DNA of 63,804 nt, filler included, from Octopus bimaculoides (Eukaryota), in assembly GCF_001194135.2 (NCBI RefSeq). It is 5 parts of 4 records of this genome, joined end to end, with 100 filler letters (N's around TTAATTAATTAA, not from the genome) between each part and the next. Parts side by side here need not be neighbours in the genome. Positions count along the whole stretch, not along the records: positions 60,594 to 63,804 come from NC_069006.1; 4 more parts are not named here. One strand, 5' to 3'. Below, piece by piece: positions 63,311-63,804 of the stretch (position 1 is the first letter of the stretch; each line of letters opens with the position of its first letter). The notes below the pieces were generated by a model. The model was not told the DNA's origin and searched no databases. It saw only the letters and a program-made list of their open reading frames with translations. Position numbers and translations under genes: made by a program.

Positions 63311-63773
63311 TGTTAACAGTTTCGTGTGTGTGTGTGTGTGTGTGTTGTCTGTGTGTCGTAATGTAATTTAAATGGAAATGAGAAGGAAACAGAAAGACTT
63401 CAGTTGTCTTTTGTTGGAAAACGATGACATGACACAAACAGCAGCAAACTAAATCATTTATTGCTATTGTAGCTGTTGTTTAGCCCTGGGCAATTCCTTA
63501 GTCCTGCAGAATCATCATTAGACTCCACTCATGACCAGCCTGTATCTTTTCGTTTTTCATTTTTATATGTTGGATATTATATTCTCTGATGTGTCTTTTT
63601 TTTTTTTCAAATGTTCTTAGGCTGGTAGGTAAAGTTTGATTTGAGGGGGAGTCAGCAATTATTTCTGTTTTATGTTTGTAGTTACATTTATATTTTCCCA
63701 AAGGTTGAGGGGAAAATATCTCACTTGAATGTTCATTACAACATATATGCACACCTGTGTGTGTGTATGTATA

Positions 63774-63804
<31 letters not shown>

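Noticed and set aside
1-63804. CRISPR array, prokaryotic operon or rRNA
   Set aside because: No regularly spaced repeat-spacer units and no rRNA-like sequence; the recurring repeats are dispersed eukaryotic SINEs

Overview
AT-rich animal genomic DNA saturated with microsatellites and interrupted by many N gaps. The repeat content points to an octopus genome: tRNA-derived SINEs whose size and architecture resemble the octopus OK/OR1/OR2 families (inference, recalled from the literature, not checked against consensus sequences). No complete host protein-coding gene can be supported, and nearly all entries in the ORF track are microsatellite or N-gap artefacts. The readable content is a layered transposon landscape. 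Class II elements: an Hsmar1-like mariner with both TIRs, Tc1 and maT-like remnants, MITEs, a palindromic mariner-end foldback, and a Helentron-type HINE. LINEs: L1/Tx1, three R4/Dong/Rex6-like RLE families, CR1/L2-group and RTE fragments, and Penelope-like remnants. There are at least eight SINE-like families, labelled A-I here. The strongest leads are: (1) SINE family B has a tRNA-Ser-like head, shares its 3' tail with the two Tx1 LINE ends in this window, and has 11-13 bp TSDs, making it a candidate Tx1-driven SINE; (2) a near-intact type I hammerhead ribozyme sits at the tip of a ~55 bp imperfect foldback (48812-48957), with further Penelope-associated hammerhead motifs elsewhere; (3) a ~500 bp non-tRNA retroposon (E) co-occupies (AAT)n tracts with R4-clade LINE ends; (4) Tx1 copies sit in (TATC)n tracts; (5) the SINE families exchange head, core and tail modules.
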